Shown here: positions 1-9,783 of the stretch, piece after piece
Position numbering within the stretch: position 1 is the stretch's first letter
Layout: every line of letters starts with the position of its first letter
Program-made: the position numbers and the translations under genes
The notes under the pieces: model-generated
What the model saw: only the letters and a program-made list of their open reading frames with translations
What the model was told of the DNA's origin: nothing
Database searches by the model: none
Source of the DNA: Spirochaetia bacterium
GTDB lineage: Bacteria > Spirochaetota > Spirochaetia > SZUA-6 > Bin103
Direction: 5' to 3'
Length of the DNA: 64,000 bases
NCBI GenBank assembly: GCA_965198005.1
Contig: CBDAOI010000002.1
Coordinates: 384,001 to 448,000 of the forward strand

Positions 1-85
1 GCTGGCGGCGTTTGCCCAGTCCCCGAGTTGACGCTCGGTGCATCGGTTGCGATACTACCAGTACGCTTGCTGGGGAGGACTAGCC

Positions 86-595
86 ATGGTGTCAGACGTG
101 GTCCGTCGTCAGGTCTGGAATCAACTTCAGGAATCTGTCAGGCATTCTCGGTACTTCGCTCGTTTGATAAGCAACATGAACAGATACCATCGGGCTAGAC
201 TGATAGTGCTCGCTTTAGTCTCCGTATCAGGCGGCGCCAGTTTCATTGTTCAGGATCTTCCAGGGTACGTCGGTGCTGTCGCTGGTTTCGCCATTGCAGT
301 GTTCTCGGTATGGATCATTCTGGCGGATCACTCGCAAAAGCTCGCCACCGTAAAGTACGTTAGCAGGCGGTTTCAAGAGATAGAAGTCGATGTCCGTGAT
401 TGTTGGGTCCTCATAGAAGATGGACGAATCGACAACGAATCCGCTCACCGGAGATGGAACGATGCTGAGCGTGCGATCAACGACGCGGTCGAAGACTGGA
501 AAGCTTCAGGAATGTCGATTAACGACAGGCTGAACGAGAAAAGTGAGGAAGAGTCGGTTCGTTTGGTGAAGGAGGAGTTTTCTTATGCCATCTGA
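86..595 (+). CDS. Two-TM membrane protein, SLATT-like
   Basis: GGAGG RBS before ATG 86; helical N-term, two adjacent hydrophobic segments (LIVLALVSVSGGASF; VGAVAGFAIAVFSVWIIL), charged helical C-term; lower GC than flanks. Confidence 0.55.
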   Translation: MVSDVVRRQVWNQLQESVRHSRYFARLISNMNRYHRARLIVLALVSVSGGASFIVQDLPGYVGAVAGFAIAVFSVWIILADHSQKLATVKYVSRRFQEIEVDVRDCWVLIEDGRIDNESAHRRWNDAERAINDAVEDWKASGMSINDRLNEKSEEESVRLVKEEFSYAI

Positions 596-731
596 AAACT
601 CGAATCCGGAGCAGCGCGGCATGCCCAGGCCGGGAAAGACACCGCTGGCACCGCCGCCTCCACGGCCGTCACCACCGAAACCTGATCCTTCTGCGCCGCG
701 GAAACCACCGGCGGAGAAGCAGAAACGATGA
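585..731 (+). CDS. 48-aa proline-rich small protein
   Basis: GGAGGAG at 571-577, ATG 585 overlapping the upstream stop; MPSENSNPEQRGMPRPGKTPLAPPPPRPSPPKPDPSAPRKPPAEKQKR. Confidence 0.5.
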   Translation: MPSENSNPEQRGMPRPGKTPLAPPPPRPSPPKPDPSAPRKPPAEKQKR

Positions 732-839
732 CGTTCTTCCTCATGTGGTAAGCAAGCTGCGTCTTCGTACCAGCAAGTTCAAGACCCCCCATGTGAGCGG
801 TCTCATCATTCCCGCGCGTGACGACTGAGCAATCCGGTT

Positions 840-1871
840 ATGTATAACGAAGCGCAGGCGAGCAGGACAACGGTCGGTAGCGCGGCAGCCAACCGCGGTC
901 GTGACGGGTCTCCATCGAAGGGCCGGCTGGCGGTCAGCCTCGGGCCTTTGCGGTTGGCCAATCCGGTGCTGGTTGCATCCGGGACGTTCGGTTACGCCAA
1001 CGAGTTGGCGGGGCTGGTGGATCTGCAGCGATTGGGCGGGATCGTCACCAAGACTGTCACGGTGAAACCACGGCCGGGCAATCCGCCGCCGCGCATCGTG
1101 GAGACGCCGTCCGGGATGCTCAATGCCATCGGTCTGCAGAACGTCGGCATAGAGCGGTTCGTGACCGAAAAGCTGCCCTATCTCGCCGAGCTGGATCCGG
1201 TCGTGCTGGTGTCGATCATGGGCTACACAATCGGCGAGTTCGTGGCCCTGGCCGAGCGGCTGGATGGGCTGCCGGGGGTGGATGGGCTGGAGCTGAACCT
1301 CTCCTGTCCCAACGTCGCCTACGGCGGTGGCGGTGGCGCGAAGATGTTCGCCCACGATCCGAAACTGACCGCAGAGGTAGTCCGTGCGGTGCGTGCGGTG
1401 ACCGGCCTGCCGGTAATTGCGAAGTTGGGACCGGACGTGGCCGACGTCGCCGCCATCGGCCGTGCCGCCGTGGCCGCGGGAGCGGATGCGCTGGCGGTGA
1501 TGAACACCATTCCCGGCATGGTGATCGACACCAAGCGGCGGCGGCCGGTGCTGGCCAACGTCACCGGCGGGCTGTCCGGGCCCGCGGTCCGGCCGATCGC
1601 GGTGCGGCTCACTTACGAACTGGTGCGCGCGGTGTCGACCCCGGTGGTCGGCGTCGGCGGGATCATGGATCACCGCGATGCGCTGCAGTTCCTGCTGGCC
1701 GGGGCGTGCGCGGTGCAGGTCGGCACCGCCACCTTCACCAACCCACGCGCCGCGCTGGAGGTGCTGGACGGACTGGAGCGCTACCTCGACGAGGCCGGCG
1801 TGGAGCGGCTCAGCGATCTGATCGGGGCGGCGCAACCTTCCGCCATAATAAGGGAGCAACCTGATGAATAG
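840..1871 (+). CDS. pyrD: Dihydroorotate dehydrogenase (family 1B catalytic subunit)
   Basis: NPVLVASGTFG, GNPPPRIVET, NAIGLQN, ELNLSCPN, GGLSGPAVRP motifs. Confidence 0.95.
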   Translation: MYNEAQASRTTVGSAAANRGRDGSPSKGRLAVSLGPLRLANPVLVASGTFGYANELAGLVDLQRLGGIVTKTVTVKPRPGNPPPRIVETPSGMLNAIGLQNVGIERFVTEKLPYLAELDPVVLVSIMGYTIGEFVALAERLDGLPGVDGLELNLSCPNVAYGGGGGAKMFAHDPKLTAEVVRAVRAVTGLPVIAKLGPDVADVAAIGRAAVAAGADALAVMNTIPGMVIDTKRRRPVLANVTGGLSGPAVRPIAVRLTYELVRAVSTPVVGVGGIMDHRDALQFLLAGACAVQVGTATFTNPRAALEVLDGLERYLDEAGVERLSDLIGAAQPSAIIREQPDE

Positions 1872-2670
1872 AGGCATCGGCTCACCGTCCAGAGTGGCGC
1901 CCGCACCCGGGGCGGAGCCCGGCACCCCTTCGGTGTCACCGCCTCCCGAGTGGTTGATCGTCGGCCTCGACCTGCCGGACCTGGAACAGGCGCGGCCGCT
2001 CGTGCGGACCCTCGCCGGCCGCGTCGGCGCGCTCAAGATCGGACCGGTGCTGTTCACCCGTGCCGGGCCGGCAGCCATCGATCTGGTGCACGAGCACGGG
2101 CGGCCGGGTGTTCCTCGATCTGAAGTGGTACGACATTCCCAACACCGTGGCGGGCGCTTTCCGCGCGGCCGCGGCGCAAGGTGTGTGGATGGTCAACGTG
2201 CACGCGGCCGGCGGCGAGCGCATGCTGGCCGCCGCTCGGGAGGCCCTGGAGCAGGCCGGGCAACCCGGCACCGCGCGCCGCCCCCTGCTCATCGCCGTAA
2301 CCGTCCTGACCAGCCTGGACGCCGCCGACCTGCCCGCCACCGGCGTCACCGGCTCCGTCCGGGGCAGGTGGAACGCTTGGCCGCCCTGGCGGAGCGTGGC
2401 GGAGCCGACGGCTTGGTCACCTCCGGCCACGAGGCAGCCGGGCTCCGCGCCCGCTGGCCGCAATTCAACCTGGTGGTGCCCGGCGTGCGCCCGCGGTGGC
2501 TTACCGCCAGCGGCGCCACCCCGGCCGACGATCAACGCCGCATCGCCACACCCGCCGCCACGCTTGCGGCCGGTGCCAGCCACATCGCAATCGCCCGTCC
2601 CATCATCACCCACCCCGACCCGGCGCAGGCCGTCCACCTCACTGTGCAGGAAGTTGCCACCGGGAACTGA
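1864..2670 (+). pseudogene. pyrF: Orotidine-5'-phosphate decarboxylase with two compensating frameshifts
   Basis: LIVGLD..LKIG in one frame, [22 protein letters not shown] in another (about 2100-2365), [16 protein letters not shown] back in the first frame; both shifts at G runs, may be sequencing error. Confidence 0.85.
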
Positions 2671-2698
2671 AACCCACGGACGCGCAAGACGCGACAGG

Positions 2699-3667
2699 AT
2701 GGCACCGCTGTACGTAACAGAAGCCGGTGTTCTCGGGCGCGCGGCTCTCGACAGCTACTGTCTACGCTCGGTGCAGGCGGCCATCGCGCTGGACGTGCAG
2801 CTTGGCGAGCCCTCGAATCCGGCGGAGTGGCGGTACCGCCTCAGCGTCGTGCAGGACAATCAACGCCAGCCGCGGATCAAGGAGGAACGAGTCGAACGGC
2901 GGGGCCAGGCGGTGCTTCGTCGGCCTGACGCCGACGACGAGAAAGACTCGGAGCGCCTGCGGCAGACTCACCTGGAAGGAATCAGCACGAACAAGACCTT
3001 TCGCGAGATCTACCGGTTCTTCAACTCGATACGGTACCTCCACGTTCTTCCCCCACTGGTGCGGCAGCCGGAGCGGTTCACCGGCCGGGATTTTTCCGGG
3101 GAGACGTTCGGTAGCGACTTCCTGGAACAGGTCGCACGCAGCACTCCGAAAACTCGCCAGTCGCGGCTGCGGCGAATCGAGAGCGCGCTCCGCATCGCCG
3201 TGCCTCAACTGCGGGAACTGAAGCTGGAGAAGGACGAAATAGGGATTCCACATCTGGAAGGCCGCTATGAGCATTGGCGGCCGAATGCGGGCTGGCAGCG
3301 GGAGGATCAGTTCTCCGACGGCACCCTGCGGCTGATGGCCCTCTTGTGGTCTGTGATGGACGGCACCGGCCCTTTGATGATCGAGGAGCCGGAGCTGAAC
3401 CTGCATCCCGCGGTGGTGAAGTTCCTGCCGCAGATGCTCCACCGGGCCACGCGGCGGTCGAAGCGCCAAGTGATTGTCTCCACGCATTCGCCGGATTTCC
3501 TGCATGACGGAGGGATAGCGTCCGACGAGACGCTCTTGCTGCGCCCTGACAGCAACGGAACACGGGTTGAAGTCGCAGCCGCCGACCCGGAGATCGGACT
3601 TCTGCTGGAGGCCGGAGTATCGCATCTGCAGAGAGGTGGAACTCGAGATTGCGGCGGTTCACGGTGA
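2699..3667 (+). pseudogene. ABC/AAA_21-type ATPase, 5'-truncated
   Basis: FSDGTLR signature, [10 protein letters not shown] Walker B/D-loop, VSTHS H-loop; Walker A absent. Confidence 0.75.
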
Positions 3668-3869
3668 ACGAGGTAAGCACCGGCTGGATCAATCCTTGAC
3701 CGCCTGTCACGAGTTCGGTAAATCGAGGACCGCCACCGAGGAGGGCGCATGAGTGATTCCACACCGATTCACCTGCGAGCACACCTCGCCGAGATGAACT
3801 CGACGCAATAGATCCGCTGACGACTAGCGTAAGTTGCGCACTTTCAAGGACGATGCAGCGAGATTTGCC

Positions 3870-4350
3870 GGTCCGATCCGGCGCTGCGGCGGCAGGATGC
3901 TCGATCAGAAAAGCGGCGGCCGCCTGGGCCTCCCGGTCAAGCGCGAAGTGCCAGGCGAGCGACAGCAGATTGCGGACTGCCGCGGCGTCGAGCGGTTGCG
4001 GTGAGTTGCGGCGGGACGGACCCCGTTCGGCTTGGGTGCGCAGTTCCAGGGCGCCTGAGATGGTCTGCAGCAGGAGTTGCGTGGCAGCGCGTAGCGCACG
4101 GTGCCACGGGGCCTCCCGGTCTCCGGCTGGAACCCGGCTCAGGCGCCACAGGAGGTCGATTACGCCGTTCGTACGGCGCAGCAGATTCGCGCCGACGAAG
4201 TCCGGCAGCCAGTCGCGGATCGCGACCGGCGTGATGGCATCTCCCGCCTCCTCCCGTAAGACGCCCGTTCCGCCGCCGCGACCAGAGCCTCGGCCACCAA
4301 CCCTTCCAGGGCTGACGACCGGGATGGTATTCGATTTCGAAGTTCGCCAT
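3870..4350 (-). pseudogene. Internally deleted copy of the large 2OG-Fe(II) oxygenase gene
   Basis: Starts MANFEIEYHPG; 3880-4235 aligns with 4950-5300 of the adjacent full copy. Confidence 0.8.
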
Positions 4351-4435
4351 TGATCGTTACGTCCGGCGGGAAGTGTAGTCGGCCATCACCGTCGCTACCA
4401 GGCGCCGGTCCAGTATGCTCGAATCTCCAGCGGCG

Positions 4436-6802
4436 TCACTTCCCGTGCTGGTCGTGAACGGCAATCGCGGCGCGGAGTTGGGCGCGTTCGCCAGCGCCGT
4501 CGGCCACGCGGCCACGCTCGGCCGTCTCCAGCAGCAGACGCATGTGCGCAAGGTCGTCGGCGTACTGCGCGAGCCGCCGCTGGTGACTTGCACGGGTCTT
4601 GGTGCAGACCAACGTGAACGGACGGCCCTTGCGCTCGGTCTCGTGCAGCAGGTCCAGCCCTTCGCGCTTGATGCTTTGATGGACGTGCCGGCGCAACTCC
4701 TGGCGTAGCGGCAGTCGCAGTATCTGCGCCCGCGGGTCGGCGTAGAACTGTTGCAGCCGGCGGCAGTGCTGGCAGCCGCACGAGACCGTGGCCTCCAGCG
4801 CCCAGTCGCGCGGCGCCGCTGGGGGCTGCGCGCTACGAGCTAGCAGAGAGCCGGCGGCATGGCGCCACAGCTTCGCGAACGCCGGGACTGCCGCCGCGCG
4901 CTCGGTGAGCCCCGGAAGGTCCGCCAGCGCCGCCGGCAGCGTGCGGTCGGGCGGGGCCGCGGCGGGGTGCTCGATCAGCAGTTCGGCGGTCGCGTCGGCC
5001 TCCCGGTCAAGTGCGAAGTGCCCGGCGAGCGCCAGCAGGTTGCGGACCGCGGCGCTGTCGAGAGGTGGCGGCGGATTGCGCAGCGACCGATCGCGCCGGG
5101 CATTGGTACGCAGCTCCAGAGCACCGGAGATGTTCTGCAGCAGGAGTTGCACGGCGTCGCGCAACGCACCGTGCCAGGGGGCTTCCTCCTTCCTGTCCGG
5201 AACCCGGCTCAGGCGCCACACGAGATCGATTACGCCGTCGGTACGGCGCAGCAGATTCGCGCCGATGAACTCCGGCAGCCAGTCGCGGAGCGCAATCGGA
5301 GTGATCGCAGCCGCCAACTCCTCATTGACTCCGCCGGAGTACCTCGGCGTGACAATCTCGCGCAGGAAGCGGAGCGTGATGGAGCGGTCACCCAGCCGGC
5401 ACAGCAGCCGCAGTGCGGTGCGGATCTCGGTGCGGCGCCCGCGCGGCGGCTTCGGCCACGCGTCGATGAGCTGCTCGGCGAGGTCGCGCAAACGGCCGGG
5501 CTCGGCCTCGGACTGGTCGCTGCGTTCCAACTCGTCCGCAACGTAGACAACGAACGCACCGATTCCGGCGCCGGCCAGGGCGGTGACGGCCCGTGCCCGC
5601 GGCCACAGCACCAGCGCCGCCGAGCGGTATGCGCGCTCGATCTCCACGCCCGCGTTGCCGGTCGCCTCGCTCACCGACTCATCGTCCGGTTGGGCGTCGT
5701 CCAGAGCGCCGACGGGTAGCAGTTCGCCCGATCCCAGCGGCAGCTTGCCGTAGTCCGGCCTCATGTCGTCCGGCGCCACCCAGTCGTCGAGCCAGTGCTC
5801 GGAGTCGATCACCTCGCCGGCCTCCAGGTCACTGTCGCCAAGCTTGAACCCGTACGGCAGGTCCTGCGGGTACTCCGAGGCGTAGTACACCTTAACGTGG
5901 AGAATCGCGGCGTAGAGGGCGCAGTCCGCGCGCCGCGCCGCCTCCGCCAGAGTGCGGGCAACGGCCGCGTCGACGTTCTTCAAGGCCCCGAACGAGAGCC
6001 CCGCCTCGCTGTAGTCGTGCTCCAGCAGCCAGACGATTTTATTGCGGTCGTGCGTAGCATGATCCCACTGCTGCAGCAACGCGGCAATGCGCCCCGTCAC
6101 GGCGTCGTAGTCGGGTGCCCGCTCCAGCGCGCCGTGAGCGGCTCCGCGCAGCACGAGTTGGTAGACCAGGACGATGCGGTGGCCGGTGGCGACCGGCCGG
6201 GTCTCGTGCATGCAGTCGGCGTAAAACGCCGCGAAGGCAAGCTCCGACGGGTCCTCGGTGCGCAGGTCGATCACGGTCTCATGCTCCCGGTGGCGAATCA
6301 CCAGCTCGCCGCCCGTCCCGGCGACCGGCAGCGAGATCACCAGCGTGGCGACCATGCCGATCGCCTTCTCGCTGTCGCGGTGGGCGCTGAAGAACCCGCC
6401 CGGCTCGTAGACCAGCAGCTTGTAGAGGCGCGCCTCGGTGCGCTCGCGCGGGCAGCCGAGTCCCTCGGCGGCACGGCCGACGATCTGCGCCAGCGTGTCA
6501 CTCCATGCCCCGCCGCCCACGGCCACCTTGTCTGCGTCGATCTGCCAGCAATCGCGTACCGAACGGTCCAGCACCGTGTCCGGCCCCCGGCCGTACGGCG
6601 CCCGCGCCGCGGCCGCGATCAGATCCTGCACCTGCGCCGCGGGCACCGGAAAGGAAATCAGTCCCGCACCCGCCACCTCCAGGCGCGGCAGCGGCACTGC
6701 CAGCCGCCCGTGGGTGCAATACTCCCCCGGACGGTCGATCGACTGCAGCAATTCCCCCAAGGCGGATTGCCCGGGGTGGTACTCGATTCCGACGTTCGCC
6801 AT
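4436..6802 (-). CDS. Large 2OG-Fe(II) oxygenase family protein (788 aa) with C-terminal Cys/His motif
   Basis: LYKLLVYEPGGFFSAHRDSEK (HxD), DCMHE (distal H), GHRIVLVY (2OG-binding R); C-terminal CGCQHC..RRHVH. Confidence 0.85.
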   Translation of the reverse strand: MANVGIEYHPGQSALGELLQSIDRPGEYCTHGRLAVPLPRLEVAGAGLISFPVPAAQVQDLIAAAARAPYGRGPDTVLDRSVRDCWQIDADKVAVGGGAWSDTLAQIVGRAAEGLGCPRERTEARLYKLLVYEPGGFFSAHRDSEKAIGMVATLVISLPVAGTGGELVIRHREHETVIDLRTEDPSELAFAAFYADCMHETRPVATGHRIVLVYQLVLRGAAHGALERAPDYDAVTGRIAALLQQWDHATHDRNKIVWLLEHDYSEAGLSFGALKNVDAAVARTLAEAARRADCALYAAILHVKVYYASEYPQDLPYGFKLGDSDLEAGEVIDSEHWLDDWVAPDDMRPDYGKLPLGSGELLPVGALDDAQPDDESVSEATGNAGVEIERAYRSAALVLWPRARAVTALAGAGIGAFVVYVADELERSDQSEAEPGRLRDLAEQLIDAWPKPPRGRRTEIRTALRLLCRLGDRSITLRFLREIVTPRYSGGVNEELAAAITPIALRDWLPEFIGANLLRRTDGVIDLVWRLSRVPDRKEEAPWHGALRDAVQLLLQNISGALELRTNARRDRSLRNPPPPLDSAAVRNLLALAGHFALDREADATAELLIEHPAAAPPDRTLPAALADLPGLTERAAAVPAFAKLWRHAAGSLLARSAQPPAAPRDWALEATVSCGCQHCRRLQQFYADPRAQILRLPLRQELRRHVHQSIKREGLDLLHETERKGRPFTLVCTKTRASHQRRLAQYADDLAHMRLLLETAERGRVADGAGERAQLRAAIAVHDQHGK

Positions 6803-7082
6803 CGTTCGTTACGCTCGCACGGGAGTGTATCCTGGCTGGCCGTCGGCCAGCCACCGAGGCGAATGCACGCGCGAGCAGACTGGCCGCCCTCGGCGAGCTG
6901 ACCGCCGGCGTCGCGCAAGAGATCACGACCTCGCTGGTGCAGACGCTGCCGATGGCGGCGCGCGTCATCTCCCGGCCGAGCAGCGCGGTCTCCCTGGCGC
7001 GTTCAGCCTCGATACCAACGAGATGTTCGCGGAGTGATGCGGGGCGCGGCGGTCGGCATTGGCGCGCCGAGCGATACGGTTC

Positions 7083-7270
7083 GGGTGCGGCTCTTTTAGG
7101 ACGACCCCAGAGGGGGGTGAGGTGGCCTGAAGGGGAGCAGGCATTCGCTCAGTCAGACGGATGCGGCGCACTGCGATCGAGTGGTGAGATGCCCGCGGGA
7201 CTCTGCCGAGCCTTCAGCCGCCAACGCGTGACCCGCCTTCCACAGGTATTCCAGCACGTGAAAGATGTCG
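7083..7270 (-). mobile_element. ISKra4-like IS remnant (one end plus transposase fragment)
   Basis: Minus strand reads DIFHVLEYLWKAGHAL; terminal AAAAGAGCCGCACCC at 7083-7097. Confidence 0.6.
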
Positions 7271-8758
7271 GGCTGTCGCCATCGGCGGCCAGCTTCGGCT
7301 GCAGATCGCCGAGTCCTTCGCGGCCGAAACCGCGGCGTACTTCCTGCAGCAGTTCGACGCCCCGGCGCTGGAAGCAGAACACGTAGCTCTCGTCCAGCAG
7401 CGGTCGCCGGTCTTGCGCGCGTAGGGCTGGCGCAGGATACGGCCCACGAGCTGGGTCAGCGCGCGCTTCGAGCTGGGACGGGTCAGAATCGCCAACACGT
7501 AGGCGAACGCACAGTCCCACCCCTCCTGCAGCGCCTGCTTGGCGATGATGAAGCGGATCGGGCAGTCGCGCCCCAAGAGGCCCCCGGAGCCGGCGTCGTC
7601 CACCTGCTTCAGGTCGTCGCGCGCGCTGGTCTTGATGGCGATCTGTTCTGCGGCGATGTCCGGATGCTCCAGCAGGTACTCGCGGGCGTCCTCGGCGTGC
7701 ACGACCCCCGGTTGACGCTGGTCGCGGCCGGTGCGCTCCACCTGAATCAGGCAGATCGGTCGAATATCAATGCCGGTGGCGGCCTCGTGCCGCCGGGCGC
7801 GCTGCTCCAGCTTTGCCCGGTGCTCGATCGCGGCCAGCAGGGTGTCCTTCCAGCTTGCGCTCGACCGATTCTTGATGTTCAAGTCGAGCTTGATCATCTG
7901 TTCCGCGTTCAGGTCCCGGCCCAGAATCTCGATCAGCACGTTGGCCTCGGCGGTCGGGGTCGCCGAAAGCTCGACGATGAGGGAGGGATTGAACCCCTCC
8001 AGCGTCGCCTTGGCGTTGCGGCTGTACGCCTTGTGCCCCTCGTCGAGCACGATCATGGGACGCAGCAGGCGCAGCGTGTTGCCCAGCGAGGTCTTGACTT
8101 GCCGCCCCCAGAAGCCGCCCGCCGACCCGGCGGTTCCGAACGGGTCGAGGTTGGGTACCCGCTTCAGCAGAGCGGCATGCCCCTTGACGTCGTCGTCGCC
8201 GGGGAAGAAGCGATCGAAACCGCCGCTGTCGCGGAACATTCGCAGTTGTTCCTTGGTCTCGCGGTTGGCCGACGGCAGCATCAGCAGCAGGATGCACAGG
8301 TGGTCGGCCACGTCGGCCGGTGCGAAGCCGCTACGCTTCTCCGGAATCATGGTGCGCCCGGCGGAGGCCAGATCGAGTTGCTGGCGGTAGGGATGGTCGC
8401 GGTCCTTGAGCGCCATGAGGGTCTGGCGGTAGATCTGCGTGGTCGGCACGACCCACAGCACGAGCGGTCTGCCGATAGAGGAACTTGCTGTTGACCAGAT
8501 CGATAACGCGCGTCGCCAGCAGCGTCTTGCCGCCACCGGGGGAATCTTCAGGCAGAATGACGGCAGCGGCTCACCGGTACCGGTGGTGCGCCGGTGGTAG
8601 TCGCGTGCCGGCACCGCCGTCTCCCACGCTTCACGCACCCAATCGAGATTCGGGTGGGACGCGCGAGCTTGCGCCGCCAACGTGCGCTGGCGCGCAAGCT
8701 CACTCAGGAGACCGCGCACCGCGGCCAGTGTGCGCCGCTGAAACTCCTTGAGGATCAT
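7271..8758 (-). pseudogene. Type III restriction Res subunit (helicase), frameshifted and 3'-truncated
   Basis: LKEFQ start, GGGKT Walker A in shifted frame near 8535, VLDEGH, LQEGWDC, QLVGRILRQP. Confidence 0.85.
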
Positions 8759-9012
8759 GTGGCGCGCTGCACGCCGCCGCTCGCAAAGCTCTCGATCGCC
8801 TGGTAGATCTGGAACGGCAACTGGCAGAAGGAGATGCGGTACTCCTCCAGAAATTCCTCGTCCAGGTACTTGGTGGCTGCGAACACCAGCCGGTCGGAAC
8901 GCCTCGGCTTGGGCAGCGAACGGGCGAACTCCAGCGTGAGCGCCAAGTCCTTGATCTTTTCCCTATCCGGCTCGTAGATCAGGTACACCGGTCCGTCAGT
9001 CGACGGCAGCAT
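8755..9012 (-). pseudogene. C-terminal fragment of type III Mod methyltransferase
   Basis: VYLIYEPD..LALTL..LVFAATKYL..FCQLPFQIY tail; stop overlaps Res start (ATGA). Confidence 0.65.
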
Positions 9013-9047
9013 CCAGGGCCGTGCGGTTGGCCGTCAAGCGCGCGATT

Positions 9048-9497
9048 TCAGTACGGGCTGGCGGACTCGTCCCCTTCCGCCACGCCCCGCACCGCGAACC
9101 CGACAGCGCGGGCGGCCGTCCCCAACTGCCCGTCGTGGGTCAGAAACTCGTCGATCTGGCGGTTGCGTCGCTCATGGACGACGAGCGCACTTGTCAGGTG
9201 AATAGCATCCAACGTACCGACGACCGTCGGGAAGGACCGGCTTGCCCGGGTGAGGAGTGCGGCGGAAACGCGGACCCGGTAGACGGATTTCCAGAACGTG
9301 ACGAACCGCTCGTGCACAAAGACACGTTCGTGATCATTCAGGTCGCCGCCGAGGCGGAGCCGGTCGATAGTCCGGTGAAACTCGACCCGGCAGATCTCGC
9401 TGGTGTAGGCGGCCTGCCAGTGTCCCCACTCTTCGAGCGACGGATCCTGGTTGAGCAACCAGCTCAGCACCACCGACGTGTCGAGGTAGACCGTCAT
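9048..9497 (-). CDS. vapC: VapC/PIN-domain toxin
   Basis: VYLDTSVV, TLDAIHL, FLTHD PIN motifs. Confidence 0.9.
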   Translation of the reverse strand: MTVYLDTSVVLSWLLNQDPSLEEWGHWQAAYTSEICRVEFHRTIDRLRLGGDLNDHERVFVHERFVTFWKSVYRVRVSAALLTRASRSFPTVVGTLDAIHLTSALVVHERRNRQIDEFLTHDGQLGTAARAVGFAVRGVAEGDESASPY

Positions 9498-9745
9498 CGC
9501 CGCCTGCGGTCGGCCAGCAGCGCGGCTACCCCCGGAATGGATCTGCCGGACGGTAAGCGGTCGAGGCGGGCAAGCGCCTCGGGTGGTTCGGTCGGCTCTT
9601 CGATGAGCAACTCCTCTTCGACGGCCGGGACCAACCTGGCAACGCTCTGACGGTAGGAGGTGATGTCAATCGTGGCTCCCGTTCGCACCATCCCAAGGTA
9701 CGTTCCGAGCCGAGACTTCAACTCTGCGGTACTGACTTGGATCAT
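9494..9745 (-). CDS. Phd/YefM-family antitoxin
   Basis: VSTAELKSRLGTYL..GATIDIT..VARLVP; ATGA overlap with vapC. Confidence 0.85.
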   Translation of the reverse strand: MIQVSTAELKSRLGTYLGMVRTGATIDITSYRQSVARLVPAVEEELLIEEPTEPPEALARLDRLPSGRSIPGVAALLADRRRR

Positions 9746-9783
9746 GACCGCATCTTGGTCAAGCCATGGACAATGTTCAAGGG

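Noticed and set aside
2060-3667. 535-aa ORF as a PyrF-ATPase fusion
   Set aside because: Artefact of the pyrF frameshift; pyrF ends at 2670 and the ATPase part lacks its N-terminus
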